From NCBI RefSeq assembly GCF_009914755.1, contig NC_060939.1: DNA of 64,000 nucleotides; one strand, given 5' to 3'. A program made the position numbers and the translations under genes. The notes beneath the pieces were generated by a model. That model had not been told where the DNA came from and ran no database searches. It saw only the letters and a list, made by a program, of their open reading frames with translations. This DNA comes from the human T2T-CHM13v2.0 reference genome, Homo sapiens. Positions 49,377-64,000 of the stretch are shown here, one piece after another. How positions within the stretch are numbered: position 1 is the first letter of the stretch; each line of letters starts with the position of its first letter.

Positions 49377-52300
49377 CGGGCCATTTTTGTGCTTTTGGGT
49401 TGAAGAAAGGAAACAAAGAAAATCACTTTGCTGTCCTTAGTTGACCAATTGATGTAAAGGTACAGGGTGATGGGAGGCCACCGAATCACACATCCAGACT
49501 GGTGGAGAGGAACTGAAGCAGAGGCTTCAGGTACACAAACTTGGAGGATAATTTAGAGGTTTCTTGTTGTCCGACTACACAGTATGGAAACCTCCATCTA
49601 ACATCCACCTGAATATCTACCGTCTGACAGCCACTAGAATTTATCACCTCGCTACATTAACAGATAGCTCCAACTTTAAGAAAATCTTCCTTGCAGTATT
49701 CTAAAATCTGTCTTTCCCCATCTCCACACATCGTTCTTAGTGTGTGGAACCTCCAAAGGTTCACAGAAAATGTGCTTCTTTCACTTTCACCAACTACCTT
49801 TTGGATTTTGAAAGCATTTGTCAGATCCTTTTAACTCTGTTCTGCCTCACATTAGGTATCATTAGCTCCTTTAACTAATCAGCACAGGACATGATTTACA
49901 GACCTTTTGTGTGCATGGGATCCTCTTCAGACTAAAGTTTCTAGGATGTTAAATTCCTCCTGTGCCTCCAGTGTACTTCTTTGGTCAAAGTCTAAATTTC
50001 TTATTATTGTACCTCTTAGCTCAGCACACACAGTAATACCTGGCTATAGCTTCTTGTTTACATCTCCCATTGGTACTATGATGTAACAGATCTAGGTCTA
50101 AGTTTCCACTAAGTCTACTAGAAATAACATCTCCCTAGAGGCTAAGGGTTTAGGAAAACCCCATAGTAAATATTCCCTTTCAAACCTCATCCATCCTGCT
50201 TCTGACCTCTGACCAGCATGCATTTCCTTCCTACACACACAGCACATGGTTTCAATGAAAAGATAAATGCTGGTCTTTCCTCTGTATTACCAGGGATGCA
50301 GACTGCAGATGGTCAGTATATTTTAAACACTGTCTCTTTGAACTTCTGGTTTACATTTTGCTGTTCCAATTACCGAATCTACTCTTGCTATTTAGATATG
50401 CCCAGATTTGCTAACATGATTATAATTCTCCCAGAAACAAAAAGTCAAGAGACCACAATGTTCATAGCTAAGATTAGAATTTATGGAAAAAGCAATGCTC
50501 CAAAGATAGTAAAAACTTCACTACCTGTACTACATGTCAACATTTTTACTTATTTTTAAATATAATTTTAAAATCTAGGAAAGGGAGGACCATTAAGATG
50601 ATCTAGATGAATCACTATAAAGTGACTTTAAAATTCCTTTTCAGAATTTCTTGATTTGCTATCAATTATTAAATGCACAACTTGTTCTTTACACAAAATA
50701 CAGTCTGAAGCAACTTTTTGTTTTTAAAAATAACATCAGCAAGTACCATCTTGAAAAAGGACATTATACCCACAATCCCATCATTCTAATATTGCCACTA
50801 TTTTCATTTTTATATTTCTCTTTTTTCTTCTCTATTGTCACACATAATTTACACTGTTGTAATAACCATAAACTTCTTGTCCTTCTTTTTTCTAATTAAA
50901 TCATGTGATTTTCATTTCAGTCACTTTAGTGAAAATTATAACAATTAGGGACAAAGAATTTCTTCACAGAAAGCACATTTGCTAAAGCATTTTTCAACTG
51001 GAATTGGGGGATGAGAAGTATGTTCCCTCCGGGTAATCATTTCAGAATTCCCAGGGTAGGAAGAGTGATAGCACGGGGGAATAAAATTCAAAATTAGCGT
51101 GCCATTGATTTGATTTTAGTCACTATATTTATTTTCACATTTCATGGATTATAGAGGGCACCAGTATTTTTTTATGTTTATCAAAAAAGTACATGTGATT
51201 TACAAGAAATAAAAGAGAAAGCAGGTTGAGGAACATGGAGCTAAAGCAATTTACTAGATGCCAAGAATTCTAGTTTTTATAGAAACACCAGTACTTTTGT
51301 CTGATTGAAGATAAGTGATCAAACCCAAGCCCTTTATGATCCTGATTTTTCTCTATACAACAAATAAAATTAAATAAATTGGCATGTGAACTCTATGTTC
51401 ACACAGACTGGAATGACAACTGGGTACATAGGTCCTTGCTAGACTGTATACTACACCCTTCAAATTCCTCATAATCAAAAACCAGTATTTTGTAAAGACT
51501 GTTGAGCCAAATTTTTTTTTCTAGGCTGTCCCAAATGTTTCCCTTTAAGAAGAATTTCAGAAAGAAATATTAAGGAGAGTATCTTTTATGATATGAGACT
51601 GAAAAAAATTGTGTGAGGCTTGAGAGATGAATTCACCTTCTGTTGAAAACTTTTTTACTATTCTTAACAACTCCCTGTTGCACAGGTTTAATCAATCTAG
51701 GATGAGGTTACACTGGCAAGCAGGAAGATGGTAAAACCATTAGTGAATACTAACACTGCTTTCTGGGGGCGAGCCTGTTAGCTGTCTGGATAGGGAACAG
51801 AATTACCATCTTCAGGCAAATTTGGATTTGTAAAGTGCTCTTTCATTGTACTGTTACAATTTAATTCTAACATTATTAGAATTTTAAAAATTTGTGGGAA
51901 AAAACGTTAGAATATGGTCTCTTAATCACCAAAGTTTTATTTCAAACTGACTTTAACATTCTTCACCCAAGAACCATCAACCTGTTCCTGTTAACCTGTT
52001 TAAGCTGAATTAATGGATCTCTTTACACCTTTGCAGTAAATGCAAGTCATATGTCATGAACATCCATACAGCCTCATGCCTGTGAGAGAACATCACTTTG
52101 GAAGAGAGATGAGGATTTTTTTTAAGTACAAGCTCCCCAGGTAGTGGGAATCTAGAGAACCCTTCGTTTTGAAAGACCATCTTCTGCTTTAGGCCCCCTT
52201 GCATTTGGATACCAAAGCAGCTCATATCCTCTGTTTCCAATTTTATGCCTTGGTTTTGTATCTTTCATCAAAACTCAAGATTCTGCACTCTTTGACTCAA

Positions 52301-52579
52301 CTACAAAGAATAACAGGGAATCCACACGCTTTATAACTCTTGTCACCCTTTTCCAAGCCTGCTTGGCCAGCATCTCCAAAGTGGATCAGTATTGCTTAGC
52401 TAAGGTTTTCAGAAGATGGGTCAAGTCTGTCCATCATGCTAAACAAGTCCATTAAATCAACTGCCCTTTAACTTCTTGGTGTTATAGTAGGCCTTAGGGA
52501 AAAATCTTGCAACAATGACATCACTATGTCATAAATTTTTTTCTTCTCATAGGAACAGACTGAGCTAATAACAGTTTTC

Positions 52580-52860
52580 TGTCTGTTTGTTTTTGAGACG
52601 GAATCTCGCCCTGTTGCCCAGACTGGAGTGCTTGTGGCGCGAGGTCAGCTCACTGCAACCTCCGGCTCCTGGGGTTCCAGCGATTCTCCCATCTCAGCCT
52701 CCCAAGTAGTTGGGATTACAGGCACTTGCCACCACGCCCGGCTAATTTTTTGTATTTTCAGTAGAGATGGGGTTTCACCATGTTGGCCAGACTGGTCTTG
52801 AACTCCTGACTTCAAGTGATCCGCCCTCCTTGGCCTCCCAAAGTGCTGGGATTACAGATG
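52580..52860 (-). mobile_element. Alu (AluS)
   Basis: Near-full dimer. Confidence 0.9.
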
Positions 52861-53069
52861 TAATAATAGTTCTTACACATATTACTTCAAGATCTGTGGG
52901 CCCTTTTCTCAGAAGAGAAACTACCCAGTAAAATGAGAAGAAAAAGTAACACCTAAAGAATGAAAACTCTTTTTTCCTGGAAATATGCTGGCTTACTATC
53001 TTTGTATTTGAGAAGAGGTAGAAACTTGTCCCTCAGTGTCCTGAACAAGTTGAGTTTTATTATGTGTCA

Positions 53070-53475
53070 CTGTAAGGTCCCAATTTATGCCCCAAGAAAG
53101 GATCCTGAGACAGCCAGACTACCATCATTCAATTAAGAACAGACTGACCCAATGGAGCTTGGTTCTCATCAAGGGAATAACGCGGTTCTCAGTGTGGGGG
53201 TCTAGGATTAAAACAGTGGAAGAAATTCCATCTGGGGCTTGGAAACAGAGTAGAATGCCTGAGTGGGGCATAGTATTTTATCATGTCTTGGTGTGTCCTA
53301 ACAGGACAAAAAGAATCTACAGAGGATCTACCCAAAAAGGATCTACCCACACTCACAACTGTATCATTTTCCTGGTGAGAATGAAGCTCCATTTGGGTCA
53401 GTCTGTTCCTAATAGAATGGTGGTGGTCTGGCTTTCTTATGATCCTTTCTTGGAGCATAAATTGGGATCTTACAG
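53070..53475. repeat. Long imperfect inverted repeat, MITE-like element (family not identified)
   Basis: 53070-53198 is the reverse complement of 53346-53475 (~83% identity by hand alignment). The ORF track shows near-identical peptides on opposite strands. Confidence 0.9.
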
Positions 53476-54026
53476 AGAAATTAGAGAGAACTGAGGTAGA
53501 GCTGCTAAGTCTTGGTGGTTTTTTAGGAGCTGGGAAGAAGGGACAAGAAGGAAACAAGAATAAAATCCAGATTCCTGGCATGGACAACTAGGCAGATAAG
53601 TTACTAGTTCAAAGCAGTTGTCTATTCTTCTTTTAGGTTTATAACTTTTATCATTCATATTAGTTCTTTATGTAATAAACATTTGAACTCTTTCATATTT
53701 TTTTTTCTCCAGACTATAGTTTCTCTTTTCATTTTGCTTCTATTTTTTTCTCTACAGTAACTTTTTGAGCTTTTTCCATTTGGCGTCTAAGTTTCAAAGC
53801 TCAGGAAGCTGTGCTTTCAAATAATTGATAAACAGTTATTCAACTTTCTGTTAGTCTTTCAATGAGTTCAGTTTTAACGGCAAGGACCAAAATAGGCACT
53901 TCATAGATTCCTCAATGAATGAGTGCACATAAGCACAGTTGCGGTCTTCACAGAGTTTAAAATCTGGTGAGGGACAAAGGCAAATACACAGTTAATTACG
54001 ATACAATGTGACACATCTTATAATAG

Positions 54027-54477
<451 letters not shown>

Positions 54478-55299
54478 CCACTGGATGTCTAAGTGAGAAA
54501 CCAAGGTCATTATTGACAGCTGCAGGGTGGAGCACAAGGCACAAGTGAAAAGACTTTTCCATCCCATTCTTTTTCTTTTCTTTAGTCAACATGCATTCTT
54601 GTTATGTTCAATTTGGAATCCAAGGAACTTGAATGTTATAAAGTTCTAACCTTATGCAATAAGTGGAAGTAGTGGCAGTGGTGGTTCTAACAGTCAGAGT
54701 AGCAGTGGTTTTATTCATAGATTTGTTAATCAAATTTAAGAGCTATTTTGGAGTATGACATAAATTGCATATTTAATTTTTTTGTATATATTGTTAACTA
54801 CAAGGAAAGCTGTAATAACTTCTTTATGAGGCATAAATTCATATTCAGGATCAGATCCATTTATGAGTTTTGTATCCTGTCCCATTTACCTAAATTTATA
54901 TTTTATATAGTAACACATGGTTTTAAGTGATACTCCTTTAACATGTGCTGCATTCCAATTCAAATGACTTAAATAAATGGGGGAAACACACAAGATTCAG
55001 TAAGTCAGAAGCACAAAATGCTTAGTATAGTTGAAAACAATGCTGGAAATTTGTTTTAAGACAAAAAGAAAGGGGAAGAGATACGGCTTTACACAACCAG
55101 GAAATCATAACTGAATTCCTTCTACCTTTAAACCCTAAATATTTCCAATTAAAATCAGGAAACAGAGTCACTTCTGGATGAAATGGCAACTTCAGCACAG
55201 GTATACAAATGGTCCTGATTGAAATGATCAAAGAAACAGAAAACTAAAGAAAAGCTGAATGAGTAGGTGAAAACTAGAGGAGGGCACCTTGAACTGTGA

Positions 55300-57900
55300 G
55301 CTATTTCTGTTAGTCGTGGATCAGATTAAAGGAAAATATTAAGGGTCAGTTCATAACTCTCTTCTTGAGCAAGTGGCACAACCTCAGGGGATAAAAATAA
55401 ATAGGCAGTGTAGTGACAGCGGTCTGTTAGACAACAGATCAATGGGAAAAAATGAAGAGCCCAGAAAAAGACCAACACGTGTGGGAATGTGGAAATGACG
55501 AAGGGGCAACAGTGGCAGACAGGCAGGCCTATTCGGTAAACAGCATTGAAACAATTAGCCAATGAAATGTGAAAAATGATATAATTGCATCTGCGTCATA
55601 CCATCTAGAAAAAGAAATTTCATGTAGATCAAAGGCCTAAATGTGAAACATAAAACCTGAAAGCACAAATCATATGATACCATAAGACTGAAGATTTGTA
55701 AGACTCACTACATTATTTTAAAAACTTCAAAACAAAAGATACCAAACAAATATGGGAACAACAGACGCTGTGGACTACTAGAGAGTGGGGAGGGAGGTTG
55801 GATAAAAAACTACCTATCAGGTACTAAGCTTACTACCAAAGTGATAGAATCCATACTCCAAACCTCAGCATCATGCAATACTCTCATGTAACAAATCTGC
55901 ACACATACCTCCTGTACTGAAAATAAAAGTTAAAATTTATATATACACACACACACACACACCCTGTAAAGATAAAAGCTACAAAGAGATGCTTTCAATG
56001 TCGAAAGGGGACAAAAAATTTTAAGTATATGTAAACAACTAGTACAGATCAATGAAAAAAGGCAACCCAATAGGAATCTAGACAAAGAATATAAATAGTC
56101 CAAGAAAAGACATTAAAAGAAAAGAAAGCCTCAGTCAAAAAACATTAAAAAAAAAAAAGAATCTCATTGATAATAAGGTAAATGCAAATTAAAACCAGAT
56201 ACTATTTCACACCAATACAACTGGTATAAGTCTGAAGAAACCACGTGCTGGCAATTATGTGCAGAAAAAGTAGGTCTTATGTACTGTAGACAAGAACAAA
56301 AATTGTTACAACTATGAGCGAGAATAAGCTGCATTATTCATTAAAGTATGATTAGACTGCGCAACTCACCAATGTGATTTCTAGTTGTATATCCCAGAGC
56401 AGTGTTGAGAACAGGCACAATTGTGTACCAACAGCACATCACCCACAGCCATACAACCCCTCTCTAGGTGATTTAGTGAGTGACTGGTGGGAGCGTTTCT
56501 GATTGGGGTCTACTACTGGCAGTTAGTGAGCAGGGGCCAGTGCTTTGCATGTGTGAAAATATCTTCCCGTACAAGAATTACCCTCTTTGTACAGCTTTTG
56601 AATATTCTGCTGGACAAACCTGTTCATAATAATCTGAGTTTAAATCTAATTCCATTTTAATAACAAAGACTTTTTTGTAGTTTAATATACACCGAATTTT
56701 CAGAAATGGAATTACCACGTAAATCAAAGGAAGAATGAACTTGTTCTGAAAACAAGCTGTTCAACATTTTATCGACAGTCACTCATGGCGTATGAGTCAT
56801 CAATACCATATATCTGTATCAAGCTTCATCTGTGACTGTCACAGAAACATGGTGACTACAAATATCTGACTTAACTCATGTAGTCAAACTGGAACATTTA
56901 TATACTAAAATGCATGTTATTTTATTGTAAATCACTTCACTTTTATTTATCCCTTACATTAAAGTATTATACTGATATTTTTGAAATTATGCAGGCAGGC
57001 AGATTATTTTATCTTTGAATTTCATTCCTGGGTAGTAAAAGTGATGTCAGAATATTTGTTATGAAAAGAAGGTAGAGTTTGACAGGGTTAAGAAGTACCC
57101 CCTAGAAAAACTCATCTATGTGCACAAGGAAAAAAATGTTCAAAAGTATTCACGGTAATGTGTTTGTCACAGCAAAAAATCGAAAGCACCCTTCAATATC
57201 CACCAACAGGAGATTGAAAAAATAAATTATAATGAATTCATACAATGGAATCAACATAGGAAAAAAATCTGTAAAACATAAAACAGTACAATAATAGCAT
57301 GTTACAGAAGGTCATGAACAATATGATACTATTATGCAAAGTTTAAAAATTAAAAAAAATATATTGCTGACACCTACTGAAATTACAAACAAGTTTTAAA
57401 GCATTGGAAGACAAACTTACACAGCAAGTTTCAAGAAGTGGTACTGCTGAGGAATATGGGAGTTATTGATGGGATAAGGGACTTAGATAGCTAACATTTC
57501 ACCAGGTATAAAGAAAGTTGTACAATTAAAGAAAAACATGAAAATTAGTTGAGTCTGGATGGCAGGTACATGAACGTTCATTATATTATCTATTGTCTGA
57601 AATACTTTAAAGTTTTAAAAAGTGAATGATTGTTTCAGTCAGCTCCTGGTTTTTATCTTTTTATTTCTGTAATTTGCAAATATTCTATAATTAACTTGTT
57701 TGTAAAAAAGTATATCTTTCCTCTCTTAAAATGTGTGTACTTTAAAATTACAACTTTAAATGCATAAATAAAATATATAAGAAAACATATATATGCACAG
57801 AAAAAAAGAGCTGGAGGATATATTCCAAAATGTCAATAGTGGCTACGTCTGGATAGTGGGGTTAAAGGTCATTTTCATTTTATTTTTTCTATATTTAAAC
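55300..57900 (+). mobile_element. Old L1 fragments, including an L1PB-like 3' end at ~55755-55936
   Basis: aaatgcaaattaaaacca; ggactactagag...catgtaacaaatctgcacac...aaataaaagtt. Confidence 0.65.
56400..57100. mobile_element. MER20B-like hAT element nested in the L1
   Basis: tactactggcagttagtgagcaggggccag near the start; gacagggttaagaa end. Confidence 0.55.
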
Positions 57901-57972
57901 AAATGGTCTCACCAAATGTACTATTTTTATGATGATAAAACAATTTTTTTTTCTTTTTAAAAAATACATTTG

Positions 57973-58474
<502 letters not shown>

Positions 58475-59661
58475 TTAAAAATAACTAGAAGTTAAAAAAA
58501 GCCTTTTTGTTATTTCTGTGCCTTGAATGCTCACATTGTTTGAATTACCACAGGGCAATGAACCTGGGATTATACTGTAAATGGATTACATTTGCATTAA
58601 TCAATTTAGACCCTAGAAACTGAAACTGTGGTCTCACCTCTGGATTGCCAGACTTGGATTTCATGGTGCCTGGTGTCCACAGAGGGAGTCTTGGATTCCT
58701 ATCTGATAGGGAACTGGAATGTTTCCTGAGGTTAACCAAGGTTCTGAGAGTGAGGAGTCTTAGCCTTCAGTTTAAGAAGGCTGTGTTGAACCTTAGTCCC
58801 ACTGCCAAACCCTAATCTCCAGATCTACTCACAGGCCACCGTGGAATTATATGTGGGCCTGCATCACCCGATGCCACTCCTGTGTCCTTTACCATTTGCA
58901 ATGATCACTTTTCCAAAGGTTAATATTTTCTACGAAGTCAATTCAGGAATTATGGAATCTGGAGGGTCCTGTAGAATCTTACACTCTAGTACACTATGAT
59001 TTCCTTGAGCGCAGGCTCTGAACAGTTGCTGAAAGAATATGTCATATGTCTTCTGTGCTTTTTAGATTTATTTCATTAAGTGTCTAGTAATGACTAATAC
59101 TTATAAACTTATGCTGTGCACCACAGGGGAGACAGAGATGAAGACAGAAATCCCACATTCTATTTTCTCACATTTTCTTATTGTAAGTGCTCCTGAAGCA
59201 TTTTTACAGTGCAGTCACATTATTACTGAGTATTTATTCCAATCCCAAGCTTCAAAAGCTTGGGATTTTTGAGACTATTGCCCTACGTCTGCATCTTGAT
59301 GTGGCACAGGTACTGACTGTGACACTGATACAGCTTACTTGAAGTAACAATATTAGGCAAAAGTAACAATATTAGAATGTTAACTAATTTTTAAGCAAAT
59401 ACAGATCATTTCAAGTCAAGCCAGTTATCTTTTCCAGGGCACGCATTACTTCCTGGTGAGAAGCAGCACAAGAACAGAAGCAGTTCTGTTATTGTGGACT
59501 GAAAAAATACAACCTTCACATTTTCTTTCTTACTTAGTAGATCAATGAAATAACCAGAACTACAGGTTGAATTTTTGGTATTAATACCATTTTCAATATG
59601 AATGGGGTTTTATACTACAGTAGTTATGGGTTTTAATTTTATGTTATAAAAACACAGTATT

Positions 59662-59889
59662 GGCCGGGTGCAGTGGCTCACGCATGTAATCCCAGCACTT
59701 TGGGAGTCATGAGTTAAAAGACCAGCCTGGCCAACATGGCAAAACCCCGTCTCTACTAAAAATACAAAAATTAGCCGGCAAGGTGGCAGGCACCTGTAAT
59801 CCCAGCTACTCGGAAGGCTGAGGTGGGAGAATTGCTTGAACCCAGGAGGTTCAAGACCTGGGCAACAGAGCAAGACTACATCTTAAAAA
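59662..59889 (+). mobile_element. Alu with two internal deletions
   Basis: Alu head, linker and tail present, with segments missing from both arms. Confidence 0.85.
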
Positions 59890-60119
59890 CTGAATTTTGA
59901 AGATTACTTAGAAATAAAGTAGAATATGTAATTCAATGTAAATAGGATGATATAAAAATAGAATAATAATAACTAAAATACAAACTGTAGGAATGCTAGT
60001 ATTGAGATTACAAGTAATCTTTTAAAACCAAAAAATTATAATTTTTACCAGGAAAAGTTATTAGACACAAGCTACTATAATTTTTGAATTAAAGAGCTGC
60101 CATTATTGAAGATGTAAAC

Positions 60120-61310
60120 TACACAAACTGATATTTGGCAATGGTGACACTGCAGTACAGTGGGGATGTGATAATGGTTTTAAGTCAACCAGATACCTGA
60201 TTGAAAAAAATAATTGACATTGACTCCCACCTGACCTCTGTTACAAAAACCAATGTCAGACGGATTGCAGATCTAAATACAATAAGTAAAACAAAAAAAA
60301 GCTTATGGAATAACAACATAGAATATCACCATGACTTTGGAATAAGCAGATTTCTTAAACAAGACACAAAAAGCATTAGTCGTAAAAGAAAAAATTGAAA
60401 AATATTAGATTATATTAAAACTAAGAACTTCCGTTTATCAAGAGACATCATTAGATGGCAGAAAGATAACTCGCAAAGGAGAAAATATTTGCAATACATA
60501 TACCCATCCAGGGACTTTTATGCAGAATATATAAAGAATGCCTATAAATCAATACAAAAAAGGCAGAGAATCTATAAGTGGGTAAAGACTTAACAGGCAT
60601 CCCACAAATCAGTAAACAACAATGGTCAATATATAAATGAAAAGGACCTTTCACTTCTCTAGTCACCAGCAAAATCTACGTAATATACTACCCCATACAC
60701 ACAAAAATGACTCGAATGAAAGCAAAAACAAGTATGGACAAAGATACAGAGCAACTGGAACTTTCAGATACCCCTGGTGGAAGCATAAAGTGGTACATTG
60801 ACTAAGCTTGAGCATATGCCTACTCTATGACCCAATAATTTCTCTTCCATCAGAAAGCAGACACATTAACCAAAAGACATGTATAAGAATATTCAAAGTG
60901 ACAATATTCATAATAGTCAAATACTGGAAATTACTTAAATATCCACCAACAGAAGAGTGGATAAATAAACTGGTAGTCACACAACACAGTAACATGAATG
61001 AGCAAATCACAACCATGTGCCATGACATGGATGAACCTCATAAACAGAATGCTAAATGAAAAATGCCCAATGCAAGAGCACATTCTATATATAAAGCTTA
61101 AAATCAGGTAAATCTAATAGGGTGAAGGGGTGCGGTGGCAGTAATTCGAAAGGAGCTTGGCTTCTGGGATGTTTGTAAGGTTCTGTTTCTGGGTCTGGGT
61201 ACTAGTTACACTGGCATATGTTCAGTTTATGAAAATTCATCAAGCTGTGCATTTAAGATTTGCATACTTTTCTATGTGCATCTTATGCATCAATAAGTAT
61301 ACTTAAAATG
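60120..61310 (+). mobile_element. L1ME-like 3' region
   Basis: gagaaaatatttgcaa, tatccaccaacagaagagtggataaataaac, acatggatgaacctca, aaattcatcaagctg. Confidence 0.72.
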
Positions 61311-62925
61311 TTATTTGACACAAAGTACATGGGTATTTTAAGTGTTTCTGAGTCTTTTAGAGATGCTAATAACTGCAACTAATAAAAATAAACCATTTCA
61401 GAACCTTTAAAAAAGAACTGGCAGCAAAGGGGAGAGCACATGGTTCATCTCCTTGTATCTTTTTTCTCCACATCCTCTAATGACTAATAAAATGTGGCTT
61501 TCATTGCGAAGTCTTTACACTGATTCTCCTGGCCAGGTCTGTCCTCAACCAAATCACTTCCTTATTCAAGTGCGTGTAAACAGCCTCCTCCTGGCTGCAT
61601 ACTTCTGTCTACCCTCTGGCTCCTGACATTGTGGTTCACATGAAGTTTTTGGTCTTTTAAATACCCATTGGAAGACGCTCAAAAAGGCTCAGAAAACTGT
61701 TCCTTGATTTTGGTCTGCTTCATTTTTTGGGAAAGCAAAACAAGTCCCAGCACCACATGCTTCTCTACTGCTGCCTTTATTTATTTATTAAAAAACATCC
61801 AACACACTACCCAAAGAATTTTCAAGTGTCTCCTTCCACTTTTACCATCTACCACTGCCAAAATCTAACCACTAGCAGAGTAAAATAATCTCAGCTCACA
61901 TCATGGGAAATATTTCTTTGGCTCTGAGAAAACCAGAGAGAAAGTGCTGCAAAATGTAGGTTAGGAAAATAATGTGAAAGTTATTTCAAGTTGATGATTT
62001 CCATAGTATGGAATGTGATGGTCTTGCATATGTGACTCTCTGAATAAAGACCCCAAAAATACTGTGAGGTAAGATTGTCATTTTTAATTGGCCCCAAATA
62101 GAAGAGTCATAAGGGATTTTCAGGGGAAGCCCCTTTACTCTATCAGGGATACTCAGGTGTCTTTTCTCAATAAGCATTCTTTAGATTTATCAGCAACAAA
62201 CTAAAGAATTCCACTGTAATACAAAGCTAACATGCTGACAGAGCATCTTTGAAGAAGCTTTCACAAGACAGACTAATGTAAACAATTTTTTCAAGGCTTC
62301 CCAGCCTATGACTACCAGTGAAGTCTGATTAATAATAACCACCAAATCACACTGGCTCTCTGTCCACACCAGTTCATACGGGGCCTTATTTGGAATGTGT
62401 CTATCAACTAATCTGGGCATCCTAGTGGAAATTCCTCATGGGCCCACGAGCTCACACTTGCCATAGATACATGAACACTAGGGTTGTCAGGGTGCCCAAA
62501 CTCTGCAGTAGTTTCTGGAGTAGTGGAAATGCTCCTTCCTTGTGCTTCACTCTCTTAGAGGGAAAAAGGCATTGTGGTGACCCAATGTCTTACAGAGGTC
62601 AGTTCTTCAGGTTTTACTCTTGCCTTCCAAAGGTCTCAATCAGCGGAGCAATAGGGCTGGGCCAAAAGGCAAATCAAGTGACAGGCAGCACATCATTCCT
62701 CCCTCTTGAGACTAAGGCTTGACTACTGGATTACCCTGTCATGCCTGGTTTCTTCTCCCTTAGGAGGAATTTCATTCCAGGAGGTATCCCAATCACTTTC
62801 AAGAGCTCATTCTACCAATTCTCTGGACATGCCCCTCCTCTGAACCCTAGAAAATAACACAGTCTATACTGAAGCTAATCCTTGGTACTTAACTGTTTGC
62901 ATTACTATTCTCCATAAAGAAAATG

Positions 62926-63234
62926 GGCTTAGCATGGTGGCTCACACCTATAATCCCAGAATTTTGGGAGGCTGAGGAAGGAGGCCCAGGAGTTCAAGAC
63001 CAGCCTGGGAAACATAGCAAGACTCTGTCTCAAAACAAATAAAAAATAAAAAAATAAAAATTAGCCAGGCATGGTGGCACACGCCTGTAGTCCCAGCTAC
63101 TTAGGAGACTGAGGCAGGAGGATTACTTGAGCCCAGAAGTTCGAGGTTACAGTAAACTATGATCGTGCCACCGCAATCTAGCCAGGGCAACAGAGTGAGA
63201 CCCTCTCTCTAACAAATTAAATAAATAAAAAAAA
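62926..63234 (+). mobile_element. Alu (AluJ)
   Basis: Full dimer. Confidence 0.9.
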
Positions 63235-64000
63235 GAATGGCTCATTGGATTTGGCTTAGGTAGCAGAAGAGGTGGCAATACTTCCTAGTATACTCAGGTA
63301 ATGAGAAAAGCCTTCAGGGAGATATGGAAGCAGTCAGGTCTCCAGACCCAGTACCTCATCAGGTAAACAAAATCATCTCTAAAATGGTCTGTTTTAGTTA
63401 ACATGAATTTTTTTTTAAAGCTTTGCAAGCAAGTTTTATAGTTTGCTTGTAAAACAGCACTGTCTCTGATTGATTTTAAAGACAGAATGACAAAAAAGTA
63501 AACCCCAACTTAGATTGCACCTACTTTACTAATGAGGAATCTGAGGGTAGCATGGGGAAAGGCTCATCCCAGACAATCCCTGGCAGTTCTGGAGAGAGCC
63601 CAGTTTTCCTGACTTCTAGACCACAGCTTTTTTTCCTCTGTACCATGTTTCCTCAGTATCTCCCAGATAAGAAGGCTATATTTTCTAAGGCTAAGTCATA
63701 ATATATACTCTCCTTTCCACAATCATTGAAATCTCCTTCACAGTGGCCCTCCCTCCCTCCACTGAAAGAAAAGTAAAAATGCCAAATGTGGCTGGTAGAG
63801 AAGGAAAAGGGAGTTGGACTAACTGGTGGGGACAAAGAGGCAGGGGTCCACCCTCACTTCTATATGGCTGGGTATGCACAGAAACGGGGCGGGGGGCGGG
63901 GACATCAAGGTGGAGAGGGTGAAACAATAATTCCAAAGAGACCAGTATCTAAACCCTGAATCATCCTTACAGAAGAGCAAAAGTGCTGGGCAAATAAATA

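Noticed and set aside
53087-53587. Two overlapping opposite-strand ORFs with similar peptides, resembling a sense/antisense gene pair
   Set aside because: The similarity follows directly from the DNA inverted repeat, and the frames diverge at an indel. No other coding evidence.
63420-63452. Short imperfect hairpin ttgcaagcaa...ttgcttgtaa
   Set aside because: Too short to exceed chance in 64 kb.

Overview
Human (primate) genomic DNA containing the 3' part of EFL1 (EFTUD1, the eEF2-like GTPase that releases eIF6 during 60S maturation) on the minus strand. Five coding exons were reconstructed from canonical AG/GT sites and phases: 47919-48050, 41782-41929, 35530-36488, 22719-22903 and 14424-14612. 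They correspond to exons 16-20 and about aa 584-1120 if my recalled RefSeq numbering is right. A short 3' UTR follows, with AATAAA at 14308-14313. Positions 48051-64000 are part of a large upstream intron, and 1-14290 is downstream intergenic sequence. The rest is mostly repeats: about 30 Alus (one AluYa5-like, one FAM), MER5, MER3, MER20B, MER58, Tigger and Charlie DNA transposons, MLT1 LTRs, and L1, CR1 and MIR fragments, plus a full-length U1 snRNA pseudogene. Repeat family names come from recalled consensus sequences and boundaries are approximate. I found no convincing novel multi-gene system. The best leads are a 406-bp element with about 130-bp inverted arms, a possible stop-free circRNA from exons 16-18, a possible intronic polyA site after exon 19, and the Alu-interrupted U1 retrocopy.
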